In this document: piece after piece, positions 32,337 through 43,680 of the stretch
Layout of the letters: every line of letters begins with the position of its first letter
Numbering within the stretch: the first letter of the stretch is position 1
Made by a program: the position numbers and the translations under genes
Notes under the pieces: model-generated
Seen by the model: the letters and a program-made list of their open reading frames with translations, nothing else
Told to the model about the DNA's origin: nothing
Databases searched by the model: none
Assembly: GCA_964548075.1 (NCBI GenBank)
Contig: CAZJQQ010000005.1
Coordinates: 64,252 to 128,251 of the forward strand
Length of the DNA: 64,000 nt
Direction: 5' to 3'
Source of the DNA: an uncultured Clostridia bacterium
GTDB taxonomy: Bacteria > Acidobacteriota > Blastocatellia > UBA7656

Positions 32337-32845
32337 TGACCTCGAAGAACGACTCTGAAAAGCAGGTGGAAACGAGTAACCCAACAAGCAGACTATTTGG
32401 ACTGAGGTTGTTGATACTGGTATACGCTGCGTTTGATCTCGTCCGGACCTTCGTCAAAGTACAAGTGTCCGCCCGAGAAGCTTTCGACGAGGGAGTGCTT
32501 CTCTCGTGGACTCCTATGTACATACACAGGTGGGCAGATTCTCTACTCTTGTTATTGGCTACTGTTGGACTATGGCTAACCAGGCCATGGGGTTATCTCT
32601 TGTCATTCGTGGCAGGGGGCTGGCTGCTTCTTCGGGGGTTCGATAAATGGAGGCTAGTATCCGATGCTTCGTTTCCTGAAATCCCGAGGTGGTCCTGGAC
32701 GAGTTTGAGAGCATGGTGGGTATACCACAATGGAGAGTGGGATCTCCCGCGGCTTGTCTTAGGCGCGATAATTACGGTAAGTGGAGCGATTCTACTGCTT
32801 CGTCGGACGGGCCGCAAAGGTACGTCGGAGGGGAAAGCCGCTTGA
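32336..32845 (+). CDS. hypothetical membrane protein
   Basis: 169 aa with several hydrophobic segments; slightly lower GC than its surroundings. Confidence 0.35.
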
Positions 32846-32951
32846 GAGCGCATTCACACGTGCGGCCGTGTTTCGATCAAGTGGGACCTGCCAGCGTGAA
32901 CGGGATGGTCCGACACCATTCTATTTCTCTTGGATTGGTACGGAGGTTCTG

Positions 32952-33908
32952 ATGAGAAGAACGTCAATGCTGCTCTTGGTTTTGTCCGCTTTGTTGTCGG
33001 TTCAGGCGAGCACCGGTATGAGGCTGCCCAATACCGCGCCGCTCGCGGAACGATTAGGATTCAAATCAACCGACAAGATTCTGATCATCAATGTCGACGA
33101 CGTCGGCAACAGCCACGCCGCGAACGCAGCCGTGATCGACGCGATGGAGAACGGGCTTGCCACGTCCTCTACCATCATCGTTCCGGGTCCGTGGTTCCCT
33201 GAGATCGCCGCTTATGCCAAGGCGCATCCGACCTCCGACTTCGGCGTTCATCTCGCGCACACGAGCGAATGGAAGACGCTCAAGTGGGGCCCGGTTGCAA
33301 ACAAGAGCGACGTGCCTGGACTGGTCGATCCGCAAGGCTATCTGTGGCCCGACATAATGAGCGTCTACAAGAACTCGACACCTGAGCAGGCCTACGTCGA
33401 GGCTCGCGCGCAGATCAAGAAGGCGCTCGACGCGGGCATTGACGTGACGCACGTGGATTCGCACATGGGCACGCTTCAATACAACGAGGCGTACTTTCAG
33501 GTTTATCGGCGGCTCGCGAGAGAATTCAATCTACCGTTGAGGATGGGCTCTCAAGAGCTGCTCGCGGCGCAGGGAGGCGGCCAGCAGCGCGGGCAGTTGG
33601 ACGCAGATGGAGTCGTCTATCCGGATTATTTGATTCACGGCGATCGCAAACCGGGCGAGCCGATCCGCGACTACTGGAAGCGCTCGATCAGCTCTTTGAA
33701 GCCGGGGGTGACCGAGCTATACATTCACGCGTCGGTCGCTGGTGATGAGATCAAGCACATCACTAACTCGTGGGAAGATCGAGCTGCCGAATACGAGTTG
33801 TTCACAAAGGACCCGGAGGTTCGCCGCATACTCGAGGCGCAAGGCGTGAAGCGAATCGGCTATCGTGCGCTGCGCGACTTGCAGCGGAAGGCGCGCACAA
33901 ACAAGTAG
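32952..33908 (+). CDS. secreted ChbG/YdjC-family carbohydrate deacetylase
   Basis: Signal peptide MRRTSMLLLVLSALLSVQA followed by the ILIINVDDVGNSHAANAAVIDAMENGLATSSTIIVPGPW YdjC-like motif. Confidence 0.65.
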   Translation: MRRTSMLLLVLSALLSVQASTGMRLPNTAPLAERLGFKSTDKILIINVDDVGNSHAANAAVIDAMENGLATSSTIIVPGPWFPEIAAYAKAHPTSDFGVHLAHTSEWKTLKWGPVANKSDVPGLVDPQGYLWPDIMSVYKNSTPEQAYVEARAQIKKALDAGIDVTHVDSHMGTLQYNEAYFQVYRRLAREFNLPLRMGSQELLAAQGGGQQRGQLDADGVVYPDYLIHGDRKPGEPIRDYWKRSISSLKPGVTELYIHASVAGDEIKHITNSWEDRAAEYELFTKDPEVRRILEAQGVKRIGYRALRDLQRKARTNK

Positions 33909-33965
33909 TTGACCGCTCCACGGAGTGGGCCAGTCAGCCAATACAATTGATAGACGAGGAGAATC

Positions 33966-35837
33966 ATGATGAGCCCGAAGAAGTCGTTGGCGCTTATGAG
34001 TACCGCCGGTCTGCTGTGCCTTGCGTTGATCACCGTTCCGCCGCCGCTGCAAGCTCAACAAACCTTCGACCTCAAAGCCGCCTACACGAAGTCCGAACAC
34101 ATGATTGCGATGCGCGACGGCGTGAAGCTCTTTACCGCCGTCTACTCGCCCAAGGATGGCTCGCAGAAGTATCCGATACTTCTTTGCCGCACGCCCTATA
34201 GCTGCGCGCCGTACGGACCCGACAAATACAAAGAGACCATCGGTCCATCGCCGCTGTTCGCCAAAGAAGGCTACATCGTCGTCTATCAGGATGTGCGAGG
34301 CGCCTGGATGTCCGAGGGGATCTACGTGAATATGCGGCCGCAGAACGACAAGAAGGGACCGAAAGACATCGACGAAAGCAGCGACACCTATGACACAATC
34401 GACTGGCTGGTGAAAAACGTTCCGAACAACAACGGGCGAGTCGGTATGTGGGGAATCTCATATCCGGGTTTCTATGCCGCGGTCGGAACGATTGACGCGC
34501 ACCCGGCGTTGAAAGCCGCGTCGCCACAAGCTCCGATCGCCGACTGGTTCATCGGTGACGACTTCCATCACAACGGCGCGCTCTTTTTGCCGCACGCATT
34601 CAACTTCTTCTCGAGCTTCGGCAGACCACGGCCCAAACCGACGGCGTTCGCGGATGATTCACGATTCAATCACGGGACAACAGACGGCTATAAGTTTTTC
34701 CTCGAGATGGGTCCGCTCGCGAACGGCGACAAGAAGTACTTTCATGGAAACATTGCCTACTGGAATGAGATGATGGAGCACCCGAACTACGACTCGTGGT
34801 GGCAGGCTCGCAACACGCTGCCGCATCTGAAGAACATCAAGCCTGCGGTGATGACCGTGGGCGGATGGTTCGACGCCGAAGACCTGTTCGGCGCGCTTAA
34901 CACCTACAAGTCAGTCGAGAAGCAAAGCCCCGGCGCTTACAACATCCTTGTGATGGGTCCGTGGTTTCACGGCGGATGGGCGCGAGGCGACGGCGAGGGA
35001 CTCGGCGACGTTCGCTTCGGCGCAAAGACGTCAGTCTTTTATCGTGAGAACATCGAGTTGCCGTTTTTCAATTACTATCTAAAAGACAAGGGTGCGCTGA
35101 AACTCCCGGAAGCTTACGTGTTCGAAACGGGATCGAACAAGTGGAAGACCTATGATCAGTGGCCCCCGGCCAACGCGCGCACTCAGAACTTGTACTTCAA
35201 TGCAAACGGTAAGCTGTCGTTCACCGAGCCTTCTGATTCCAACTCGTTCGATGAGTACGTAAGCGACCCGGCCAGGCCCGTGCCTTTCATCAACAACATC
35301 GCGATCGGGATGACTCGCGAGTATATGGTCGACGATCAGCGCTTCGCGGCGAGGCGGCCGGACGTGCTCGTTTATCAGACCGATGTGTTGACTGAAGACA
35401 TAACCGTAGCGGGTCCGCTCACCGCGAGTCTGCTTGTTTCTACAAGCGGGACCGATTCCGATTTCGTTGTGAAGCTGATCGACGTTTATCCCGACAACGC
35501 ACCGGACAATCAGCCTAATCTCGGCATGAAGATGGGCGGCTACCAGATGCTGATCCGCGGCGAACCTATGCGAGCCAAATTCAGGAACAGCTTCGAGAAA
35601 CCGGAAGCGATGACGCCTAACAAGGCCGAGAGGATCGGATACGCGATGCCCGATGTGAATCACACCTTCATGAAAGGCCACCGCGTCATGGTGCAGATTC
35701 AAAGCAGTTGGTTCCCGCTCGTGGACCGCAATCCGCAAAAGTTCGTCAACATCTACACCGCCAAAGAGTCAGACTTTCAGAAAGCGACGCAGCGAGTCTA
35801 TCGCTCATCTCGCGTTGTCTTGAATGTTGTGAAGTAG
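33966..35837 (+). CDS. CocE/NonD family hydrolase (S15 X-Pro dipeptidyl-peptidase-like), secreted
   Basis: Signal peptide; MRDGVKLFTAVYSPK...YPILLCRTPY...GRVGMWGISYPGFY (Ser nucleophile); C-terminal beta-sandwich. Confidence 0.75.
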   Translation: MMSPKKSLALMSTAGLLCLALITVPPPLQAQQTFDLKAAYTKSEHMIAMRDGVKLFTAVYSPKDGSQKYPILLCRTPYSCAPYGPDKYKETIGPSPLFAKEGYIVVYQDVRGAWMSEGIYVNMRPQNDKKGPKDIDESSDTYDTIDWLVKNVPNNNGRVGMWGISYPGFYAAVGTIDAHPALKAASPQAPIADWFIGDDFHHNGALFLPHAFNFFSSFGRPRPKPTAFADDSRFNHGTTDGYKFFLEMGPLANGDKKYFHGNIAYWNEMMEHPNYDSWWQARNTLPHLKNIKPAVMTVGGWFDAEDLFGALNTYKSVEKQSPGAYNILVMGPWFHGGWARGDGEGLGDVRFGAKTSVFYRENIELPFFNYYLKDKGALKLPEAYVFETGSNKWKTYDQWPPANARTQNLYFNANGKLSFTEPSDSNSFDEYVSDPARPVPFINNIAIGMTREYMVDDQRFAARRPDVLVYQTDVLTEDITVAGPLTASLLVSTSGTDSDFVVKLIDVYPDNAPDNQPNLGMKMGGYQMLIRGEPMRAKFRNSFEKPEAMTPNKAERIGYAMPDVNHTFMKGHRVMVQIQSSWFPLVDRNPQKFVNIYTAKESDFQKATQRVYRSSRVVLNVVK

Positions 35838-35840
35838 AGA

Positions 35841-37796
35841 ATGACAATGACTGAAAAGATTGTGGCGCCTTACGGCTCGTGGAAGTCGCCGATCACTTCG
35901 GATCTCATAGTTGCCGGAACGATCGGGCTCGGCGAGATCGCGCTTGATGGCGAAGACACGTACTGGATCGAGAGCCGTCCTTCGGAAGGCGGGCGAAGCG
36001 TCATAGTGCGTCGAACCCCCGATGGAGCTATCGCAGACGTCACTCCACAAGGATTCAATGCTCGCACCACGGTACACGAGTACGGAGGTGGAGCCTATTT
36101 CGTCGGCGCCGGCACGGTGTACTTTTCCAACTTCGCCGATCAGCGGCTCTATCGCCACGTTCCGGGTGAAGCGCCGCAGCCAATCACTTCAATAGAGAAG
36201 ATGCGCTACGCCGACGGCGTGATCGATCACCGCCGCAATCTTGTTTACTGCGTTCGTGAGGATCACACCGAAGGGGGACGCGACGCGATCAACTCTCTAG
36301 TGAAAATTAACCTCGGCGGCGATGCCTCGGGCGAAGTCATCGCTTCAGGCAACGACTTCTATTCCTCGCCGCGGCTGAGCCCGGATGGAAGTCGTTTGGC
36401 ATGGCTCACCTGGAATCATCCGAACATGCCGTGGGATGGGACCGAGTTATGGGTCGGTGAAGTGGGCGAAGCCGGACGAATCTCTGGAGCCAAAATCATA
36501 GCCGGCGGAAAGGCCGAGTCGATCATTCAGCCCGAGTGGTCGCCCGGCGGTGTTCTCCATTTTGTTTCTGACCGAACCGGCTGGTGGAACCTCTATCGTC
36601 TGAGCGATGGCGGCATCGAGTCGCTGTGCGAGAAGCAAAGCGAGTTCGCCGGGCCTCAGTGGGTCTTCAGAATGTCGACCTACGCGTTCGAATCGGAACA
36701 CCGCATCATTTGTACATACTGCGATCGAGGCAACTGGCAACTGGCGAGTCTCGACACTGCGACTCGCAACCTGGAGCCGATTGAGGTTCCATACACAGAG
36801 ATAACCAGCTTGCGAACCGCGCCCGGCCGCGCGGTGTTCAGCGGCGGCTCTCCGACCGAGTCAACGTCGATCGTATGCGTCGATCTCGGAACGCGCGAGA
36901 TCAAAGTGCTTCGGAAGTCGAGTTCGGTTGGGGTTGACGAAGGCTATCTATCAATCCCGCGCCAGGTCCAGTTTCCCACCGAGCATGGTTTGAACGCGCA
37001 CGCCTTTTTCTATCCGCCGGCGAATCGCGATTATGAAGCTCCAGAGGATGAACGCCCGCCATTGATCGCGATCAGTCACGGCGGACCGACTTCCGCGAGC
37101 ACCACGACCCTTAAGCTAAACATCCAGTATTGGACGAGCCGAGGGTTCGGCGTGTTGGACGTGAATTACGGCGGGAGCGCCGGCTACGGCACCGAGTATC
37201 GGCGCCGTCTCAACGGTCAATGGGGAGTCGTCGACGTCGATGATTGCGCGAACGGCGCGCACTATTTGGTCGAGCGAGGCGAGGCTGACGGCGACCGGTT
37301 GATCATTCGCGGCGGAAGCGCCGGCGGTTACACGACGCTTGCGGCGCTCACGTTTCGCGAGGTGTTCAAAGCAGGCGCGAGCTACTACGGCATCAGCGAC
37401 CTCGAGCTTCTTGAACAGGACTGTCATAAGTTCGAATCGCGTTATAATGACAGCCTGGTCGGGCCGTATCCGGGGCGAAAGGACCTGTACTGGGAGCGCT
37501 CGCCGATTCATTTCACGGATCGATTGTCCTGCCCCATCATTTTGTTTCAAGGGCTCGAAGACAAAGTCGTCCCGCCCAATCAAGCTGAGATGATGTACGA
37601 AGCGGCGCTCAAGAAGGGCTTGCCGGTCGCGTACGTGGCGTTCGAAGGCGAACAGCACGGCTTCAGGAAAGCGGAAAACATTAAGCGCTCGCTCGATGCG
37701 GAGCTGTATTTCTATTCGAAGGTGTTCGGGTTTGAATTGGCGGAGCCGGTCGAGCCAGTGGATATTGCTAACCTAAGGACAATGTCTCATCTATGA
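35841..37796 (+). CDS. S9 family peptidase (prolyl oligopeptidase/acylaminoacyl-peptidase-like)
   Basis: N-terminal beta-propeller, C-terminal alpha/beta hydrolase with [10 protein letters not shown] (Ser) and an Asp/His triad. Confidence 0.8.
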   Translation: MTMTEKIVAPYGSWKSPITSDLIVAGTIGLGEIALDGEDTYWIESRPSEGGRSVIVRRTPDGAIADVTPQGFNARTTVHEYGGGAYFVGAGTVYFSNFADQRLYRHVPGEAPQPITSIEKMRYADGVIDHRRNLVYCVREDHTEGGRDAINSLVKINLGGDASGEVIASGNDFYSSPRLSPDGSRLAWLTWNHPNMPWDGTELWVGEVGEAGRISGAKIIAGGKAESIIQPEWSPGGVLHFVSDRTGWWNLYRLSDGGIESLCEKQSEFAGPQWVFRMSTYAFESEHRIICTYCDRGNWQLASLDTATRNLEPIEVPYTEITSLRTAPGRAVFSGGSPTESTSIVCVDLGTREIKVLRKSSSVGVDEGYLSIPRQVQFPTEHGLNAHAFFYPPANRDYEAPEDERPPLIAISHGGPTSASTTTLKLNIQYWTSRGFGVLDVNYGGSAGYGTEYRRRLNGQWGVVDVDDCANGAHYLVERGEADGDRLIIRGGSAGGYTTLAALTFREVFKAGASYYGISDLELLEQDCHKFESRYNDSLVGPYPGRKDLYWERSPIHFTDRLSCPIILFQGLEDKVVPPNQAEMMYEAALKKGLPVAYVAFEGEQHGFRKAENIKRSLDAELYFYSKVFGFELAEPVEPVDIANLRTMSHL

Positions 37797-38950
37797 AAAC
37801 TTTCAAACGCATCGAAACGAAACTAATTCACGCGGGCGAGCCTGAGCCGCGGGTGATGGGCGCGGTGAGTCTCCCGATTTTTCAAACCGCTATGTTTGAA
37901 TACGGCGGCGAGGAGAGCTACCACGACATCCGCTACATCCGCTTGAACAACAGCCCTAATCATCTGGCGCTTCATCAGAAGCTGGCGGCGCTCGAGAACG
38001 CCGAAGCCGCGCTGGTGGCCGCGAGCGGTATGGCCGCGATCACGACGACTCTGTTGACCGTCTTAACGGCCGGAGATCATCTGCTCGCTCAGGACTGCTT
38101 GTACGGCGGCACTCATGACTTTCTGACAAAAGACTTCGCGGGCTTCGGGCTCGAGTTCGATTTCATCGACGGCGACGATCCCGATTCCTGGAAGAGCAAG
38201 CTGAGGCCGAACACGAAAGCGATCTATGTCGAAGCGATGTCCAACCCGACGCTTCAAGTGAGCGATCTCAAAGCAGCCGCCGCGTTCGCGCAAGAACACG
38301 GGCTGGTCTCGATCATCGACAACACTTTCGCGAGCCCGATCAACTTCAGACCGGCCGAGTGGGGCTTCGACGTTTCGCTTCACAGTTGCACGAAGTACTT
38401 GAACGGGCATTCGGACATCGTTGGCGGGGCGTGCATTGGAAGAGCCGATCTGATCGAGAAGATCACGCATAAGCTCAACCACCTTGGCGGATCGATGGAC
38501 CCGCACGCGGCGTTTCTTCTTCATCGCGGGATGAAGACGCTCGCGTTGAGGGTGAGATGTCAAAACGAAAGCGCGATGAAGATCGCGAGATTTTTGGAAG
38601 CCCACGCTGCAATTGAAAAAGTGAACTATCCCGGCCTCGAGAGCCATCCGCGTCATCGGCGTGCTCGCGATTTGTTCGACGGCTTTAGCGGGATGTTGAG
38701 TTTCGAGATAAAGGGCGACGTCGACGCGGCCGAGAAATTCATGCACAAAGCGAAATTGCCGATCATCGCTCCGAGTCTCGGCGGAGTGGAATCGCTGATG
38801 ACTCGGCCGTCAACGACTTCGCATTCCGGTATGTCACGCGAGGACCGAGCGCGGATGGGCATCACAGACAGTTTGATTCGCGTGTCGGTCGGGATCGAAG
38901 CGACCGAAGACCTCATCGAGGACTTCGATCAAGCGCTGAGAGGCGCTTAA
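37793..38950 (+). CDS. Cys/Met-metabolism PLP-dependent enzyme (methionine gamma-lyase / cystathionine gamma-synthase family)
   Basis: PLP-lysine motif [11 protein letters not shown]; family-typical N-terminus [29 protein letters not shown]. Confidence 0.8.
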   Translation: MKTFKRIETKLIHAGEPEPRVMGAVSLPIFQTAMFEYGGEESYHDIRYIRLNNSPNHLALHQKLAALENAEAALVAASGMAAITTTLLTVLTAGDHLLAQDCLYGGTHDFLTKDFAGFGLEFDFIDGDDPDSWKSKLRPNTKAIYVEAMSNPTLQVSDLKAAAAFAQEHGLVSIIDNTFASPINFRPAEWGFDVSLHSCTKYLNGHSDIVGGACIGRADLIEKITHKLNHLGGSMDPHAAFLLHRGMKTLALRVRCQNESAMKIARFLEAHAAIEKVNYPGLESHPRHRRARDLFDGFSGMLSFEIKGDVDAAEKFMHKAKLPIIAPSLGGVESLMTRPSTTSHSGMSREDRARMGITDSLIRVSVGIEATEDLIEDFDQALRGA

Positions 38951-38959
38951 ATAACTGAC

Positions 38960-39319
38960 GTGAAAGGAGTCGGGAGTATTAAACACCAAAGGAGTAGGAT
39001 CTATGCGATCCTCTCGATTGCCTGCCCGGTTGTAACCGTCGCAAGCGTTTACGTCCTTCAGACCAGCGCGCACTCCAGTTTTTGGGAATCAGTGAAGCAG
39101 TCGGACGATGGAGTTCAACACGTTGCCGGCGCCCTTATGTTTTTGGCAGAACTTGGCGATCTCTTGCTGTACACCGCGCTAGCGTGCGTAGTAGGCCTGT
39201 TGCTCGCCCTGAGAAGCATTCGGTTGCGGCAGAAGTTGACGACTTTGGGCTACTTTTCTTTGAGCCTTAACGGCGCGCCGCTTTTGATCGGCGCCTTCCT
39301 TTGGATAACGGCGCGATAA
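38960..39319 (+). CDS. hypothetical small membrane protein
   Basis: 119 aa, three or four hydrophobic helices. Confidence 0.3.
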   Translation: MKGVGSIKHQRSRIYAILSIACPVVTVASVYVLQTSAHSSFWESVKQSDDGVQHVAGALMFLAELGDLLLYTALACVVGLLLALRSIRLRQKLTTLGYFSLSLNGAPLLIGAFLWITAR

Positions 39320-39336
39320 AAGGCTGGTGATTCCGA

Positions 39337-40191
39337 ATGTCTTCGAGTAGCAAGCAGCTCAGTGGAAAGATATGCATTGTCACCGGCGCGAACACGGGCA
39401 TCGGTAAGGAAACCGCGCTCGGTCTCGCGAAGCTCGGAGCGACGGTGGTGATTGTGTGCCGAGACCGTGAGCGCGGCGAAGCAGCCCAACGCGAGATCAA
39501 ACAGAAGAGCCGCAATGATCGCGTGGAGCTGATGATCTGTGACTTCGCGTCGCAGAATTCGATTCGCCAATTCGCAGAAGAGTTCAAGCAGCGGCACGAC
39601 CGGCTCGACGTGCTCGTGAACAACGCAGGAGTCGTGTTGCGCGAGCGCTCGATGACCGAAGACTCACTCGAAAGCACCTTCGCGATCAACCACATTGGCT
39701 ATTTCCTTCTCACCAATCTACTGCTGGACTTGCTGAAGAAAAGCGCGCCTTCGCGAATCGTGAACGTCGCTTCCACGGCTCACAAGTACGGCAAGCTTGA
39801 CGTCAATGCGTGGCCGACTGGAAGAGAGTTCAGCGCGTTTGGCGCGTACGCGAATTCAAAACTCGCCAACGTGTTGTTCACCTACGAACTCGCGCGACGG
39901 CTGGAAGGAACGGGCGTCACTGCAAACTGTTTGCATCCTGGCGGAGTCGGAACTAACCTCTTTCGCGGGCTGCCGAAGTTTCTGCAAGCCTTGATCAAAC
40001 TGGTGACGATAACCCCTGAGCGCGGTGCTCGCACGTCAATCTACCTGGCGAGTTCCCCTGAGGTGGAAGGCGTCACCGGAAAGTATTTCGCGAGACGCCG
40101 GCAACAGAAATCGTCCGACGCGTCTCATAATGAAGAAGCTCGGCTACGGCTATGGGCGGTAAGCGCTGAACTCACGGGCCTGAATGCTTGA
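39337..40191 (+). CDS. SDR family oxidoreductase
   Basis: TGANTGIG Rossmann motif, NNAG, and a catalytic YxxxK-like region; 284 aa. Confidence 0.85.
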   Translation: MSSSSKQLSGKICIVTGANTGIGKETALGLAKLGATVVIVCRDRERGEAAQREIKQKSRNDRVELMICDFASQNSIRQFAEEFKQRHDRLDVLVNNAGVVLRERSMTEDSLESTFAINHIGYFLLTNLLLDLLKKSAPSRIVNVASTAHKYGKLDVNAWPTGREFSAFGAYANSKLANVLFTYELARRLEGTGVTANCLHPGGVGTNLFRGLPKFLQALIKLVTITPERGARTSIYLASSPEVEGVTGKYFARRRQQKSSDASHNEEARLRLWAVSAELTGLNA

Positions 40192-40265
40192 GAGGCACTT
40201 GACGCGCGGCAGCCGGGAAGAGCTTAGCGGCGTCGCGCCTTTGCGTTAGATCGAGAGATCACCAA

Positions 40266-42398
40266 ATGAAAAAACATCTTCTGCTCGTCATCATCCTGCT
40301 CCTGGTTCCCTTCTCTGCGCGCGCGCAAAAGCGCGCGTTCACCATCGAAGATCTCTACCGGGTCAAATCAATCTCTGACGTTCACGTCTCACCCGACGGG
40401 CGCTCGGTGATCTACGCCGTGACCACCTCCGACCTGCCGCGCGCGAAACGCGTCGCTCACATCTGGATGATGGGCATCGATGGCGGCAACCCGCGCCAAC
40501 TCACGAGCGGCGAGAAGGGAGAAAGCTCGCCGGTGTTCTCGCCCGACGGCAAATGGATTTCTTACATCAGCTCGAAGGATGGCGGCCCGCAGCTTTACCT
40601 GATGCCGACGGGTGGCGGCGAAGCGAAGAAGCTCACCAACATCTCGACAGGGGTGTCCGATCCGCTCTGGTCTCCCGACGGGAAATGGATCGCGTTCTCG
40701 TCTGACGTTTATCCCGAATGCGGCGGCGATGACGCCTGCAACCAGAAGATCGCCGACACCTGGGAAAAGGGGCCGCTCAAGGCGCACTCGGCCGATTCCC
40801 TTCTCTATCGCCATTGGACCCAGTGGAAAGACGGGACTCGAACGCACATCTTCCTGGCCAGCGCGGCAACCGGCGAAGCGAAGGACATCACACCCGGCGA
40901 TTATGATTCGCCCGGGTTCCAACTTGGCGGGCCTCTGCAATATGCCTTCTCGCCGGATGGAAATGAGTTTGTCTTCGTGTCTAATCACGACAAGGAGTCG
41001 GCCTCTTCGACCAACAATGATCTGTGGCTGATCTCGTTCGCCGACCCGAAAGCACAGCCTCGCAACATCACGGCTTCGAATCCCGCTTACGACGGCAGCC
41101 CGAAGTATTCACCCGATGGCAAGTACATTGCCTATCGAATGCAGAAGCAGCCCGGCTACGAGTCTGATCTGTTTCGGCTCGCGATCTATGATCGAGCGAG
41201 CGGCGCGCCAACCGTGCTGACCGAATCATTCCGCAACTGGGTGGATGAATTCCAATGGTCCGACGATTCGAAGTCGATCTACTTTGCGGCGCCGGTCGAA
41301 GGTCAAACGCCACTCTATCGCGTGGAGCTCGCGTCGAAAGCGATTACCCAGGTGCTTGCCGACAAGATGATCCTTGGCTGGGAGCTCGCGCGCAAGCGGT
41401 TGGTCTACACGCGCAGCTCGGTGGGGGAACCGGTCGAGCTCTTCAGCACGGACATCAGCAGTGGAAAGGCAACGCCGGCGGCGCGCCTCACTCATATCAA
41501 CGACGCCGTCGCCGCTGAAGTAGACATCCGCTCCGCTGAAACCATGTGGGTCGAGGGCGCAGACGGCGCGAAGGTCCAGGTGTTCATCGTCAAGCCCCAC
41601 GACTTCGATCCGAACAAGAAGTATCCGCTGATACTCAACGTTCACGGCGGGCCGCAGTCGCAATGGTCCGACGCGTTCCGAGGAGACTGGCAAGTCTACC
41701 CGGGCGCGGGTTACGTCGTTGCGTTCTCTAATCCGCACGGCTCGATCGGCCACGGGCAGGAGTTCACCGCCGCCATCTCGCGCGACTGGGCAGGCAAGGT
41801 CTATGAAGACCTGATGAAGATCACCGACGCGGTCGAAAAGCTGCCATATGTCGATCGCAACCGAATGGGGGCGATGGGCTGGTCGTACGGCGGATACATG
41901 ATGATGTGGTTCGAAGGTCACACAGAACGCTTCAAAGCTATCGCTTCCATGATGGGACTCTACGACTTGCGCTCGTTTTATGGAGGAACCGAAGAGCTAT
42001 GGTTTCCCGAATGGGACCTGAAGGGTCAGCCGTGGAACTCCCAGCTTTATGAAAAGTTGTCGCCATCGAATTCGGTTAAGAATTTCAAGACGCCCGCGCT
42101 GGTCATCAGCGGCGAGCGCGACTACCGCGTCCCGTACACGCAATCGCTTCAGTTCTTCACCGCGCTTCAGAAGATGAACGTGCCGTCGAAGCTGATCATC
42201 TATTCGAACGCCGGTCACTGGCCGAGCTGGTACGAGATGGCGCTGTACTACACGGCGCACCTCGAATGGTTTCACAAACACCTTGGCGGCGGCGCGCCTC
42301 CCTGGAGCACCGAGCAGTTTTTGCGGAACTCGGTGTTCGATCGCGAGAACGGCAAGCGGCTGGCAGGCGAGCCGGGCGCAGCGTCGACAAATAGATGA
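40266..42398 (+). CDS. secreted S9 family peptidase with TolB-like beta-propeller
   Basis: Signal peptide; repeated SPDG(K/R)W(I) propeller blades; GWSYGGYMMMW Ser nucleophile. Confidence 0.8.
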   Translation: MKKHLLLVIILLLVPFSARAQKRAFTIEDLYRVKSISDVHVSPDGRSVIYAVTTSDLPRAKRVAHIWMMGIDGGNPRQLTSGEKGESSPVFSPDGKWISYISSKDGGPQLYLMPTGGGEAKKLTNISTGVSDPLWSPDGKWIAFSSDVYPECGGDDACNQKIADTWEKGPLKAHSADSLLYRHWTQWKDGTRTHIFLASAATGEAKDITPGDYDSPGFQLGGPLQYAFSPDGNEFVFVSNHDKESASSTNNDLWLISFADPKAQPRNITASNPAYDGSPKYSPDGKYIAYRMQKQPGYESDLFRLAIYDRASGAPTVLTESFRNWVDEFQWSDDSKSIYFAAPVEGQTPLYRVELASKAITQVLADKMILGWELARKRLVYTRSSVGEPVELFSTDISSGKATPAARLTHINDAVAAEVDIRSAETMWVEGADGAKVQVFIVKPHDFDPNKKYPLILNVHGGPQSQWSDAFRGDWQVYPGAGYVVAFSNPHGSIGHGQEFTAAISRDWAGKVYEDLMKITDAVEKLPYVDRNRMGAMGWSYGGYMMMWFEGHTERFKAIASMMGLYDLRSFYGGTEELWFPEWDLKGQPWNSQLYEKLSPSNSVKNFKTPALVISGERDYRVPYTQSLQFFTALQKMNVPSKLIIYSNAGHWPSWYEMALYYTAHLEWFHKHLGGGAPPWSTEQFLRNSVFDRENGKRLAGEPGAASTNR

Positions 42399-42772
42399 GC
42401 AACGAAAAGATAAGCCAGTTCGCCGGCCAGAAGTATTTGAACATGGAGACCTATCGCAAGAACGGCGCTGCGGTCGCAACGCCGGTGTGGTTCGCCGAAG
42501 CCGCGGGCGTGTTGTACATCTACTCGCTTGCGAACGCAGGGAAGGTGAAACGCATCCGCAACAACCCGCAAGTGCGCGTGATGCCGTGCGACGTGCGCGG
42601 GAAACCTAAGGGCGAATGGGTTGAAGGGCGTGCCCAAATACTCGACGCCGCCGGAGCCGAGCGCGCGCACAGGCTTCTCGATAAGAAGTACGGGTGGATG
42701 AAGAAGCTTGGAGGTCTTTACAGCAAGCTCATGAAACGAGAACGCGCAGCGATTGTGATTGAACTCGATTAG
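42395..42772 (+). CDS. PPOX-class (pyridoxamine 5'-phosphate oxidase-like) F420/FMN-binding protein
   Basis: 125 aa split-barrel family pattern (TYRKNGAAVATPVWF...GKVKRIRNNPQVRV). Confidence 0.55.
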   Translation: MSNEKISQFAGQKYLNMETYRKNGAAVATPVWFAEAAGVLYIYSLANAGKVKRIRNNPQVRVMPCDVRGKPKGEWVEGRAQILDAAGAERAHRLLDKKYGWMKKLGGLYSKLMKRERAAIVIELD

Positions 42773-42774
42773 TT

Positions 42775-42888
42775 ATGGATTTCGAAATATATTGGCGTCC
42801 GGCTCCGATCTGGCTAAACCTGTTGGTCGGGTTTTCTGTCGCCGTTCTTCTTTTGGCTTACTGGTGGCGACGTCGCAACCGAAAATAA
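42775..42888 (+). CDS. candidate 37-aa single-TM small protein
   Basis: ATG 3 nt after the PPOX stop: MDFEIYWRPAPIWLNLLVGFSVAVLLLAYWWRRRNRK. Too short for the ORF track; speculative. Confidence 0.2.
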   Translation: MDFEIYWRPAPIWLNLLVGFSVAVLLLAYWWRRRNRK

Positions 42889-43059
42889 TTGACGACGAAA
42901 ACTCAAACTAGGACTCTACCGGCCGAAGAATTCTGTTGAGTCAAAGAGCAAATCTGCATATACTTGCCGCCATACTGATCGGGTCGGCTTCAATGAATCT
43001 GGAAAGGAACATCTCTCCTGTGCCCTTTGTCTCTTCCAAACTGAAGGAGCTTTTTCCGT

Positions 43060-43539
43060 ATGTCTGCCTTCTGTGACCGATGCAACGAACACACAAATCA
43101 GATACTTAAGATCGCTAATCTCCCGGAGGTGGCTGCCGTTGCGCACCTTGGGTATCGGCAAGTGTGCCCTCCGTGTTATGACGATCTGGTGGCGGAGTCC
43201 ATTGAAGTCAAGGGGCAGGATGAGGACCGCCGGGCTGAAACGCGCGTGAAGGTTTCGCTGACGGCGCGCGTCGAGGGGAACACTTCTCACCTTGATGCTT
43301 TCTTGGAGGAGATGAACGTCGTAGAAATCAGTCCGTCCGGGCTCAGGCTGCAAACCGTTCGCGAGATTGAACCGGGCGCGCTGCTCAAGGTGTCCGTCCC
43401 GTCATATGACTTCGAGGCCGCCGCGCTGGTCGAGTGGGTGTTGCCGGAAGAAGGTCAGCGGATCGTTGGCTTGAAGCTGGTGGAACCCGGCGAGGGATGG
43501 GAAAAGCTCTGGCAAGATCACGCCCCTCAAGAAGCGTGA
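43060..43539 (+). CDS. PilZ-domain protein with N-terminal zinc-ribbon
   Basis: CDRC...CPPC zinc ribbon, then PilZ motifs RRAETR and DISPSGLRL (RxxxR / DxSxxG). Confidence 0.6.
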   Translation: MSAFCDRCNEHTNQILKIANLPEVAAVAHLGYRQVCPPCYDDLVAESIEVKGQDEDRRAETRVKVSLTARVEGNTSHLDAFLEEMNVVEISPSGLRLQTVREIEPGALLKVSVPSYDFEAAALVEWVLPEEGQRIVGLKLVEPGEGWEKLWQDHAPQEA

Positions 43540-43680
43540 TGCCCAGTCCGTGCGGGCGCGCCTCGGTGCGCGCCCCTCGATCATATTCAGACACTCCCTG
43601 TCAAAACCGAGGGACAATTCACTCCCACATCGCTAACCGTCGTTGATTTGGGGTCAAGGGTCAACTAACCTACTACCGCA

